A stretch of DNA of 64,000 nucleotides from Trueperaceae bacterium (lineage in GTDB: Bacteria > Deinococcota > Deinococci > Deinococcales > Trueperaceae), in NCBI GenBank assembly GCA_035703635.1, contig DASSXV010000087.1, positions 26,655 to 90,654 of the forward strand. Reading direction: 5' to 3'. Shown in pieces: positions 45,735 to 54,019 of this stretch (its first letter is position 1; each line of letters opens with the position of its first letter). A program made the translations under genes and the position numbers. Under the pieces are notes generated by a model that saw only the letters and a program-made list of their open reading frames with translations, was not told where the DNA came from and ran no database searches.

Positions 45735-47002
45735 GCCCCCTGCGGCACGACGCGACGCCACAGCTCGTCGAACGTGCCAGCGACCAGCGCCTCGCGGATG
45801 TCTTGCATGAGGCGCGCCATGAACCGCAGGTTGTGGATGGTCGCTAGTTGCGGCCCGAGCGCCTCGCCCGCCTTGAAGAGGTGGCGCAGGTAGGCGCGCG
45901 TGAAGGTCCGGCACGTGTAGCAGTCGCAGCCGCTCTGCACGGGGCCGAGGTCGTCCTTGAATCGCGCGTTGATGATGTTGAGGCGGCCGTTACGCCCGCC
46001 GTCGCCCAAGTTGGGGCGCACTAGCAGCGTGCCCGTGCGGGCGTTGCGCGTGGGCATCACGCAGTCGAAGGTGTCTATGCCGCGTGCCACGGCCTCGAAG
46101 ATGCTCGGAACGTCACCTATGCCTAGCAGGTGTCTAGGCTTGTCAGGCGGCAGGAGCGGCAGCGTCCAGTCGAGGATGGCGTACATATCCGCCCGCGTGG
46201 CGCCGAGGTTCCCGCCCACCGCGAGGCCGTCGAAGCCCATCGCGCCGATGACGGTGGCACTATCGATCCGTTGGTCGCGGAACGCGCCGCCTTGCACGAT
46301 GCCGTAGAGCGCCTGGCGGTACCCGTGCAACGGAGCGCTAGCGCGAAACGCCGTTAGGCTGCGCTGCGCCCAGCGGTGCGTGCGCTCGAGCGAGCGCCTG
46401 GTGTACGCCTCGTCGTGCAGTGGGCTAGTGCACTCGTCGAAGGCGAGGACCATGTCTGCCCCGAGTTGGCGCTGAACCCTGATAGAAGTCTCGGGATCGA
46501 AGCGGTGCTTCGAGCCGTCGATGTGGCTCTTGAACTCGACCCCGTCCTCGTCGACCTTGACCATGCCAGCCGCCGCGGCTAGCCGCCGTTGCCCCGCCTT
46601 CTGGTCCTCACCAGGGAAGATGTTGCCGATCTTCCCTACCCCGTGCTCGATCGCGGCGCCGAGGGAGAAGACCTGGAAGCCGCCCGAGTCCGTTAGGATC
46701 GGCGCGTCCCAGTTCATGAAGCGGTGCAAGCCCCCGTGAGCGGCTACGAGCTCGGCTCCTGGCCGCAGGTAAAGGTGATAGGTGTTGGCGAAAAGTACCT
46801 GCGTGCCCGTCTCCGCCACGGCAGCGGGCGTGAGGCTCTTGACGGTCGCTTGCGTACCTACCGCCACGAAGGCAGGCGTGTCGACGCAACCGTGAGCAGT
46901 GGTGAGGCGCCCAACGCGCGCCGTCGCCTGTGTCTGCGTTACCTGGAAATCAAGTCCAGCGGCTGGCGTCTCGGTTGGCGTGGTGCTCGAAGCAGATGGC
47001 AT
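45731..47002 (-). CDS. tgt: tRNA-guanine transglycosylase
   Basis: NTYHL, LTDSGGFQVFSL, DECT, PRHLLGIG, FDCVMPTRNAR and CDCYTC motifs. Confidence 0.95.
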   Translation of the reverse strand: MPSASSTTPTETPAAGLDFQVTQTQATARVGRLTTAHGCVDTPAFVAVGTQATVKSLTPAAVAETGTQVLFANTYHLYLRPGAELVAAHGGLHRFMNWDAPILTDSGGFQVFSLGAAIEHGVGKIGNIFPGEDQKAGQRRLAAAAGMVKVDEDGVEFKSHIDGSKHRFDPETSIRVQRQLGADMVLAFDECTSPLHDEAYTRRSLERTHRWAQRSLTAFRASAPLHGYRQALYGIVQGGAFRDQRIDSATVIGAMGFDGLAVGGNLGATRADMYAILDWTLPLLPPDKPRHLLGIGDVPSIFEAVARGIDTFDCVMPTRNARTGTLLVRPNLGDGGRNGRLNIINARFKDDLGPVQSGCDCYTCRTFTRAYLRHLFKAGEALGPQLATIHNLRFMARLMQDIREALVAGTFDELWRRVVPQGA

Positions 47003-47060
47003 GGTTCCGCCCCTCGCGGGCCTGTCATCCTATCAGACAGCACTGGTAGGTTCTTCACTC

Positions 47061-47085
47061 ACATGTCGCCCTCATGTGCTATAGT
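47061..47085 (+). promoter_or_regulatory. Extended -10 promoter (TGcTATAGT) with adjacent ACATG-N7-CATGT inverted repeat
   Basis: TATAGT at 47080-47085, ~28 nt before the first riboswitch aptamer. Confidence 0.5.
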
Positions 47086-47112
47086 CTCCGGCTAGAGGGC
47101 AACTGCCTTCTG

Positions 47113-47184
47113 CTTGGACGCTGAGAAACCTGCCTCGTATGTGGGCGCTTGAGACAGGTGGAGCGAGTAGCGCAACCGGCCAGG
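47113..47184 (+). ncRNA. c-di-GMP-II riboswitch aptamer 1
   Basis: P1 CTTGG/CCAGG; GAA-stem-TGGGCGCTT-stem-TGGAG; 3' AGTAGCGCAACCGGC with pseudoknot GCGCT/AGCGC. This matches the class II pattern (TGAA..TGGGCACTT..TGGAG..AGTAGTGCAACC.GC). Confidence 0.85.
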
Positions 47185-47279
47185 TGAGTGTCCCCTCATC
47201 TACCAAAGCCGTCAACGTCCGAGCGCGGGTCCCACATGACCCGCAGCCCGAGTCGTTCGGGCACCGACGCTTAGTCGGA

Positions 47280-47351
47280 CTTGGAAGCTATGAAGTCTGT
47301 TCTGCATTTGGGCGCTTGGAACAGATGGAGCGAGTAGCGCAACCGGCCAAG
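47280..47351 (+). ncRNA. c-di-GMP-II riboswitch aptamer 2
   Basis: P1 CTTGG/CCAAG; GAAGCTATGAAG TCTGTTC..TGGGCGCTT..GAACAGA TGGAGCGAGTAGCGCAACCGGC; stem sequences covary relative to aptamer 1. Confidence 0.9.
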
Positions 47352-47435
47352 GGACACGCGAACAGGCAACCATAGCGTTGCTATATAGCGGAGGAGCCGG
47401 ACGAGCGCCCAGGACCAAGCGGGTCCAGGGATGCC

Positions 47436-48446
47436 ATGACGGGACGAGCTAAGCGAAACGCGGGTCACTCCAACGAACGGGCGTACGGCGCTCGGTTCAG
47501 CTTCGCCGTGCTTATCATTACCGCCATGCTCGTGCTTAGCGGCTGCAGCACCACGGAAGTCCTTACTGCCACCAACCACGACGCTGAGACGCGCACCGCT
47601 AGCCTCCAGAGCAGCACGATGTTCGGCGCCTTCACGTACGGCGGGGTATGGCAAGGGCTCGAGCCCATCCTGCAGCTCGAGTTAAACTTGGGCCGCCGCC
47701 TCGATGTCGTGCACTGGTTCACGAACTGGGAGAACCCCTACTTCCCCGACCTCGTCACCCTGGCGTCCCAAGGCGGACGCAAGCCGTTGATCAGCTGGCA
47801 GAGCCACAACCAGTCCAACGCTGACATCGCTGCGGGAGTCTACGACGACTACATCCGCGACTGGGCTCGCGGCGCAGCCACGGCAAGCGGCCCGATCTAC
47901 GTGCGGCTCTTCCCCGAAATGAACGGCAGCTGGACGAACTGGAACGGCGACCCAGCCGCGATGGCCGCCGCCTGGCGCCATGTGGTCGACCTCTTCCGCC
48001 AGGAGGGCGCCTACAACGTGCAGTGGGTGTTCAGCCCGAACGTAACGGACTCGCCACGCACCGCAGAGAACGCCATGGAGCTCTACTACCCGGGCGACGA
48101 TTACGTCGACGTCCTCGCCCTGGACGGCTACAACTGGGGCGAAACGCTTCCTGAAACCGGCGGTTGGCGCTCGTTCGAGGACGTCTTCCGCGTGGGTTAC
48201 GACCGCATCACGGCGATCGGCCCGCAACCAGTTTGGATCGCCGAGTTCGCTAGTTCAGACGAGGGTGGCGACAAGAGCGCTTGGGTGCGCGACATGTTCG
48301 CGACCACCGGCTTCCAGCGCATCGAGGCGCTCATCTGGTTCAACGAGGACAAGGAAGCCGACTGGCGGATAGACTCAGACGCCGCCACGCTCCAGGCCTT
48401 CCGCGACTCGCTGTCAAGCGGCACCGTGCTAGCCAGCACGCGCTGA
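47436..48446 (+). CDS. GH26 glycoside hydrolase lipoprotein
   Basis: Lipobox LSGC; RLFPEMNG (acid/base Glu), YYPGDDYVDVLALDGYN, WIAEFA (nucleophile Glu) and WFN motifs. Confidence 0.88.
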   Translation: MTGRAKRNAGHSNERAYGARFSFAVLIITAMLVLSGCSTTEVLTATNHDAETRTASLQSSTMFGAFTYGGVWQGLEPILQLELNLGRRLDVVHWFTNWENPYFPDLVTLASQGGRKPLISWQSHNQSNADIAAGVYDDYIRDWARGAATASGPIYVRLFPEMNGSWTNWNGDPAAMAAAWRHVVDLFRQEGAYNVQWVFSPNVTDSPRTAENAMELYYPGDDYVDVLALDGYNWGETLPETGGWRSFEDVFRVGYDRITAIGPQPVWIAEFASSDEGGDKSAWVRDMFATTGFQRIEALIWFNEDKEADWRIDSDAATLQAFRDSLSSGTVLASTR

Positions 48447-48562
48447 TAAACGCGCAAAGCACCTAGCCAGTTTCTCAACGCAGGCGTCTTGAGAACCAAC
48501 GGTGTGAGGTGTTACCTTCGTATGGAACCTCACAGCGGACCTCCGTCCGCCAACCGGACTGG

Positions 48563-49648
48563 ATGAAAGAGACCGCTATCACCCCCACCAGGCTGTTGTG
48601 GCCCCGCCCCAAGTGGGCCCTACGGTTGCGCATCGTGGCAACTGGCCTGGCGACGGCCCTGATCTTGGCGGCATGCTCGGAACCAACCCGCGTCCACAAG
48701 GACGTGTTCGCTGGCGACACTCCAGTGCTCGGAGCGTTCGTGCCGTCCGGGGTGTGGAACGACTTGAGGCCGCTAAAGGCGCTGGAAACGCGCGTCGGTG
48801 GGTCGTTCGCGTTAGCGCACTGGTACACGTCTTGGGACCTCCCGTACGATCCCGTGCCGGTCAACAACCTGCTCGCCCACGGCCGCATCCCGTTCGTCAC
48901 CTGGCAAGCGCACCGTCAATCGTTGCCTGACATCATCTCCGGGCGTTACGACAGCTACATCAAGACCTGGGCTCACGGCGTCCGCGACGCGGCAGGCGTC
49001 GTCTACGTGCGGATCTTCCCGGAGATGAACGGCGACTGGGCCCCGTGGAACGGCGACCCGGAGGCCATGAAGGCCGCCTGGAAGCACGTCGTCGACCTGT
49101 TCAGGGCCGAAGGCGTCCGCAACGTCAAGTGGGTCTTCACCCCTAACGTCACCGACGAGCCGCGCGTGCCAGAGAACGCCATGGAGCTCTACTACCCTGG
49201 CGCAGACTACGTCGACGTGATCGGCCTCGACGGCTACAACTGGGGAACTACTAGGCCGAACATCGGGTGGCGCACATACGAAGAGGTGTTCGAGGCGGGT
49301 TACGACCGCATCACTAGCCTGGGCGACCAACCCGTGTGGCTAGCAGAAGTCGCGTCCGCCGAACTCGGTGGCGACAAGGGCGGTTGGGTCGATGACATGT
49401 TGACCTCGACGGCGTTCCCCCGCATCAAGGCCATCGTCTGGTTCAACGAGGACAAAGAAACCGACTGGCGCATGGAGAGTTCAGCCGGATCGCTCGACGC
49501 TTTCAGGAAGCACTTCGAGGTTCTGGCGGAGGCGGAACAGGCCATCGAAGAGGCGGGCCTCGAGGCGACTCGGGTAGGCGGAACTTTGGCTACGTCAAGC
49601 GTCCGCGCAGGAGCAGGGGGCGATGGGCGTTACATTGAGCGCAAATGA
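48563..49648 (+). CDS. GH26 glycoside hydrolase lipoprotein (paralog)
   Basis: Lipobox LAAC; RIFPEMNG, YYPGADYVDVIGLDGYN and WLAEVA motifs; start could alternatively be 48509. Confidence 0.88.
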   Translation: MKETAITPTRLLWPRPKWALRLRIVATGLATALILAACSEPTRVHKDVFAGDTPVLGAFVPSGVWNDLRPLKALETRVGGSFALAHWYTSWDLPYDPVPVNNLLAHGRIPFVTWQAHRQSLPDIISGRYDSYIKTWAHGVRDAAGVVYVRIFPEMNGDWAPWNGDPEAMKAAWKHVVDLFRAEGVRNVKWVFTPNVTDEPRVPENAMELYYPGADYVDVIGLDGYNWGTTRPNIGWRTYEEVFEAGYDRITSLGDQPVWLAEVASAELGGDKGGWVDDMLTSTAFPRIKAIVWFNEDKETDWRMESSAGSLDAFRKHFEVLAEAEQAIEEAGLEATRVGGTLATSSVRAGAGGDGRYIERK

Positions 49649-50934
49649 ACAACGAAACTGGCCGCAACCGCCGTCGCCGTAACCAGCTCGGTCGCGGTCT
49701 TTGTATCTGGCTAGCCGTCTTGCTGGGGGTCCCGGCCGCGGCGGCACAGGCACACGCGCCTGACCCTGCTTACCTCACCCCGCGACCGCTGAGCCGCACC
49801 ACCTACCAGCTCGACGTGCTCGCCTCCGGCATCTACGCCCCCGTCGACGCCGTGCCCCTGGACGACACTGGCGCCATCCTAGTCGTCACCCTCGACGGCA
49901 CCGTCATGCGCTATCAAGATGGTGAGGTCGACCCGCGGCCGTTCCTCTCGCTTACCGGCCGCGTGACTGGCCTGCTCGGGGAGCAGGGCCTGTTCTCGAT
50001 CGCCCTCGAGCCGGCCAAGCATGCCGCCGCGCTCGGCGGTCCCCGCCACCTGATCGCCGCTTTCACCGAGGCGGGCACGAACGATCTGGTAGTCGCTGCG
50101 TACCCGCTCCTCGCAGACCTAAGCGGGGCGCTGCGGGGAGCCGAGTCCATCATCCTGCGCCAAGCCGTTCCGGAGCCGTTCCACCACGGCGGCCAGGTGG
50201 CGTTCGGCCCGGACGGCCTGCTGTACGTAAGCATCGGTGACGGTCAGCGCGAGGTCGCATACCTGCACGTCCAGCCGCACGTCGCCCAGGACCTGCGTTC
50301 CTTGCGCGGGAAGGTACTGCGCATAGATCCGTTCACTGGCGGCGCAAACCGTGCGTACACCGTCCCGGCCGACAACCCCTTCACCGCGCAAAGCGATCCG
50401 AAGGCCGCCTCAGCAGGTGCGCGGGGCGAGATCTGGGCGTACGGGTTCCGCAACCCGTGGAAGTTCAGCTTCGCGGCCTCTGACGGCGCTTTGCTCCTCT
50501 CGGACGTTGGTGAGGACCGCTGGGAAGAGATCGACGTGGTCGTCAGAGGCGGCAACTACGGTTGGCCTGCCCGTGAGGGGCCAGAGTGCCTCCTGCATCT
50601 CGAGGACGGCTCCCCTGTCGCGCCTGATTGCGAGGACCTCGACCTCGTCGCGCCCGCGGCCTCTTACGGCCACCCGGCGATAGATCCTAGCGGGGGGTTC
50701 TCCGTGACCGGAGGCGTGGAGGTCATCGACCCGACGCTGCCGTCGCTGGTTGGCAAGTACGTGTTCGGAGACTTCGTCACGGGACGCATGTGGACGCTAG
50801 ACAGGGCGACCAGCGAGGTGAACCTGATCATGCAGGGAGTCGGCGCCATCTCAAGCTTCGCCAACGACTCGAGCGGCGCCCTCTTGGTCACGTTGATTGA
50901 TGGCACCCTCGCGCGCATACGCGAAGTGCATTAG
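49645..50934 (+). CDS. PQQ-dependent glucose/sorbosone dehydrogenase family protein, exported
   Basis: EQGLFSIA, HHGGQVAFGPDGLLYVSIGDG, LRGKVLRID, EIWAYGFRNPWK and GGNYGWP motifs. Confidence 0.9.
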   Translation: MNNETGRNRRRRNQLGRGLCIWLAVLLGVPAAAAQAHAPDPAYLTPRPLSRTTYQLDVLASGIYAPVDAVPLDDTGAILVVTLDGTVMRYQDGEVDPRPFLSLTGRVTGLLGEQGLFSIALEPAKHAAALGGPRHLIAAFTEAGTNDLVVAAYPLLADLSGALRGAESIILRQAVPEPFHHGGQVAFGPDGLLYVSIGDGQREVAYLHVQPHVAQDLRSLRGKVLRIDPFTGGANRAYTVPADNPFTAQSDPKAASAGARGEIWAYGFRNPWKFSFAASDGALLLSDVGEDRWEEIDVVVRGGNYGWPAREGPECLLHLEDGSPVAPDCEDLDLVAPAASYGHPAIDPSGGFSVTGGVEVIDPTLPSLVGKYVFGDFVTGRMWTLDRATSEVNLIMQGVGAISSFANDSSGALLVTLIDGTLARIREVH

Positions 50935-50959
50935 CGCCCCCACCACGTTACTCGGTGGC

Positions 50960-53788
50960 TTAGGTCTGGTCGGCAGGGGTGGAGCGCGGCATGGTTGGCA
51001 CGTAGCTCTCGCCGTACAGCCTGTTCCTGATGGAGTCGTAGAGCGGCACGTCTTTGATCTGGAAGCTCTGCACTAACTCGGCGGTCACGAAGTAGGCCTG
51101 ACCAACCGTGACGGTACCGTCTGCCACGAGGTTGGTGACACCTAGCAGCGCACGCTCTTCGTTCGTGACGTTGGCGGGGTCCTCGCGGAAAGCCGCGATC
51201 GTGGCAGCTAACGCCTTGGCGAGCGGCTTGAGGTCGTCGATGGCCATGACCAGCTCACTGTGGCGTTGGCTGATCTTGCCCCTGACCACCCCTTCAAGCG
51301 GGTTGATGTAGCGGGCGTAGGCGAAGTGCTCGTCGTCGCCGTCCGGCTGCGCCTGCGCCCACGCGAGCTTGGCGGCGCCCGCGCAGATGGAGAAGTCTGG
51401 ATCGAACACGGAGAACGTGCCCGCGAAGAAGGTGCTGTTGGCGAACGGAGACAGTGGATCGACCGAGATGGCCTTGATGAGGGTAAGGGCGTCGTTCGTG
51501 ACTTGCGAGAGCCCAAGGTCGCCCGTGGGTCCGATCGCCAACGGATCCAGGTACGACTCGTTCAACAGCACGCGCAGGAGCAGGTCTGGCGAGACGTCGT
51601 AGGCCGTAGCAGCCAGCTCGATGTTCGCCACGAGCGGCGCTAGGCGCGCCAGCACGAGCAGGCCCCAAGCCGACAGCGGCGTGTAGTCCGCCACCTGCCC
51701 GTCGAGCAGGCGTGGCCCGCTGGCTGGGCGAGCTACGGCGTCGACGCCGCAGTATGCCGACACGCGCCGCGGACCCTGCTTGGCCCCGGTCACCTGCAGG
51801 CCGAGGCTCGCTAACGGCGAGTTGAGCAGGTCGTCGATGCGCTGGGCAACCGCCTCGCTCGGAACGTCTACTTCGGTGACGGCGGCACTTTCGCTCGACG
51901 CTATCGTCTCTTCCGCTGCTTCCGCTACTTCCGCTACTTCCGCTACATCCGCTACATCCGCTGCGCCAGCGGCGCCTAGCTCCGCTTGGCCCGCAGCGCC
52001 TTCTGGCGCGGCGTTCGCGGCAGCTACAGGGGTCTCACCTGCCGGGCTACTACCGCCGACGTCCGGCTCAGCGTCCGTTAGGTCGTTCCCCTTAACGGAC
52101 AACGGCAGGTTCATGTGCTCACTTCGTAGCACCGGGACGGAACCGTTGATGAGCCGCCACGTGTCTCGGTAACCGGGACGCGTTTCGCCAGCACTCCAAG
52201 CGGTGACCACGAAGACGCTCGAGGCAACCAACAACAGCGCTCCCGTGCCGCCGAAGAACCTAAGTTGCGTCCTGCCCGTGGTCTTGGCATGCGGCCTTTC
52301 CCACGTGATGGTGGTGCGCGGATCCAACTCGTGGCGCTTAGAGAAGCTGCGTACCGCGCGCACTCCCCCAGTCACGAAGGTGATCGCGTTGAAGATGCGC
52401 AGCACCCCAAGCGCAAGCACGGAGCGAGCCCCCTGGCGCGCCACCCACCCTCCAAGCCGCCAGTTCTTGAACCCCAGGCCAACGCCAAGGCGCAGGAAGC
52501 CCCAGACCGCAAGCAGGCCCGTCATGAACACGTCAACACCCAACCAGACGAGCAGCGCCTCCAATGGCATGCCGTGACCTGGCAGCGCGAAGTTCAGGCC
52601 CATCGCTAACGGAAGCATCACGAGGAGCAGGAGGAGGCCGAGGAGGTTCTCGAAGTGTGCGGCCAACAAGGTGAAGCGCACGTTCGCCCGCAGCCCGCGC
52701 CACGTTTCCGGCACGAAGAAGCGCTTGAGGCCGTTCTCCACCCCACCGCCGTTCCAGCGCTCGATCTGCCTGAGGTAGCCTGGCAGGCTCAGCGGGTCGT
52801 CCGTGAACATGAGCGCCTCGCTGACGAACCTGGCGTTGCCGCCGCGCCGCATGGTGATGGGCGACTCACCCGTCACCGTCCCGACGTCCACTAGTTCACC
52901 AGCTACGAGCGCACTGAACCCCCGCTCGCGCAGCTCGTCGACGCTGATCGCAGTCTCCGTGACGGGTCCGTTCTGCACCGCCAGCGTGAAGTCGTGGTCC
53001 TCCGTCAGGGTGTCAGACGGCATCGGGAAGCACTCGCGCCGCGTGGTGAAACCGCAGCCAACCACGGTGTAAAGGCGCGAGTTACCGAAGATCTTGCTCG
53101 CACCGAACCGCGCCGTCTGCCCGCTGCGCAGCACCGCCGAGATGGCGTACTCGGCCGACCGCGCCCGGTGGATCAGGCCGCCGACGGGCTTCCCTCGGCC
53201 CGGACTGGACGACAGTACGGCGCCAGACTGGATGGCGTAGTCCTCGAGCACGAAGCGCGCCTTAGCGCCTCGCCCCAGCTTCCTCAAGCGGTAGAAGTTC
53301 GCCTTGAGGCCGGCGAGGAAGTCCTCGTGAAAGACGGTATCGCCGTCAACTAGGAGCACCCGCTCCGTGTTGAGCAAGCCGCCATCGAGCGCCACGTTGA
53401 TGCTGTCTGACTTCGAGATCGGCTGGGCGTGCTCCACGACCGCGACTATTGGGCCGTTCGTGAGCAGCCAGCGCTCGTAGGTAGCGGTCGCTCCAGGCAC
53501 GTGACCCTTGTCGATGGCCCTGTAACCGTACTCCGTCAAGGTCCGCCTTACGACTTCGCCCGTCGCGTCGGAGCCACCGTTGATGCTCACGACGATCTCG
53601 TCGATCGGCGAGCTCTGCCTCAGGAGCGACGACAGTGCGGCTGCGGCGCTCGCCTCTTCGTTGAACATGGGCGAGACGACGCCAACGCGGTCCGGCCCGA
53701 TCACGGGCACGGACGAGTCTTTCGTTAGGCTTAACAAGGCGTTCGCGATCACCGTCGGGGTTGCGAAGAGGCCAGGGATGAACGGCAT
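50960..53788 (-). CDS. Processive GT2 polysaccharide synthase fused to a C-terminal SLT/GH23-like domain
   Basis: PMFNEE, VDGD, LTEDHD, QIERW, TM helices, acidic/Ala linker, then AATAYDVSPDLLLRVLLNESYLDPLAIGPTGDLGLSQV. Confidence 0.82.
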   Translation of the reverse strand: MPFIPGLFATPTVIANALLSLTKDSSVPVIGPDRVGVVSPMFNEEASAAAALSSLLRQSSPIDEIVVSINGGSDATGEVVRRTLTEYGYRAIDKGHVPGATATYERWLLTNGPIVAVVEHAQPISKSDSINVALDGGLLNTERVLLVDGDTVFHEDFLAGLKANFYRLRKLGRGAKARFVLEDYAIQSGAVLSSSPGRGKPVGGLIHRARSAEYAISAVLRSGQTARFGASKIFGNSRLYTVVGCGFTTRRECFPMPSDTLTEDHDFTLAVQNGPVTETAISVDELRERGFSALVAGELVDVGTVTGESPITMRRGGNARFVSEALMFTDDPLSLPGYLRQIERWNGGGVENGLKRFFVPETWRGLRANVRFTLLAAHFENLLGLLLLLVMLPLAMGLNFALPGHGMPLEALLVWLGVDVFMTGLLAVWGFLRLGVGLGFKNWRLGGWVARQGARSVLALGVLRIFNAITFVTGGVRAVRSFSKRHELDPRTTITWERPHAKTTGRTQLRFFGGTGALLLVASSVFVVTAWSAGETRPGYRDTWRLINGSVPVLRSEHMNLPLSVKGNDLTDAEPDVGGSSPAGETPVAAANAAPEGAAGQAELGAAGAADVADVAEVAEVAEAAEETIASSESAAVTEVDVPSEAVAQRIDDLLNSPLASLGLQVTGAKQGPRRVSAYCGVDAVARPASGPRLLDGQVADYTPLSAWGLLVLARLAPLVANIELAATAYDVSPDLLLRVLLNESYLDPLAIGPTGDLGLSQVTNDALTLIKAISVDPLSPFANSTFFAGTFSVFDPDFSICAGAAKLAWAQAQPDGDDEHFAYARYINPLEGVVRGKISQRHSELVMAIDDLKPLAKALAATIAAFREDPANVTNEERALLGVTNLVADGTVTVGQAYFVTAELVQSFQIKDVPLYDSIRNRLYGESYVPTMPRSTPADQT
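51912..51965. repeat. 9-bp tandem repeat x6 (TCCGCTRCN) in the GT2-SLT linker
   Basis: tccgctgct tccgctact tccgctact tccgctaca tccgctaca tccgctgcg; encodes AADVADVAEVAEVAEAAE. Confidence 0.9.
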
Positions 53789-54019
53789 GGGTTCGGTAAT
53801 CCTTCCGACTCTGCTATATCACGCCAAAACTTACACGCTTCATACACACATCGAACGGGACAGGTTAACTGCTGCACGTAAGAATAGGTGGCTAGCGGAA
53901 CACGTCGCCTCCACCCACTAGCGAGGCCGCCGAAGTTAACTCGCCTTAACCAACGCAGTGAGCATTATGTGCGAACTCTCACACTTCGTCTGCTAGTATG
54001 CCGCGATTGGGAGGTGCAG

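Noticed and set aside
47159-47349. 24-nt direct repeat as a mini-CRISPR or att site
   Set aside because: Only two copies with a 143-nt gap, and no cas or integrase gene. Both copies are the conserved 3' part of c-di-GMP-II aptamers.
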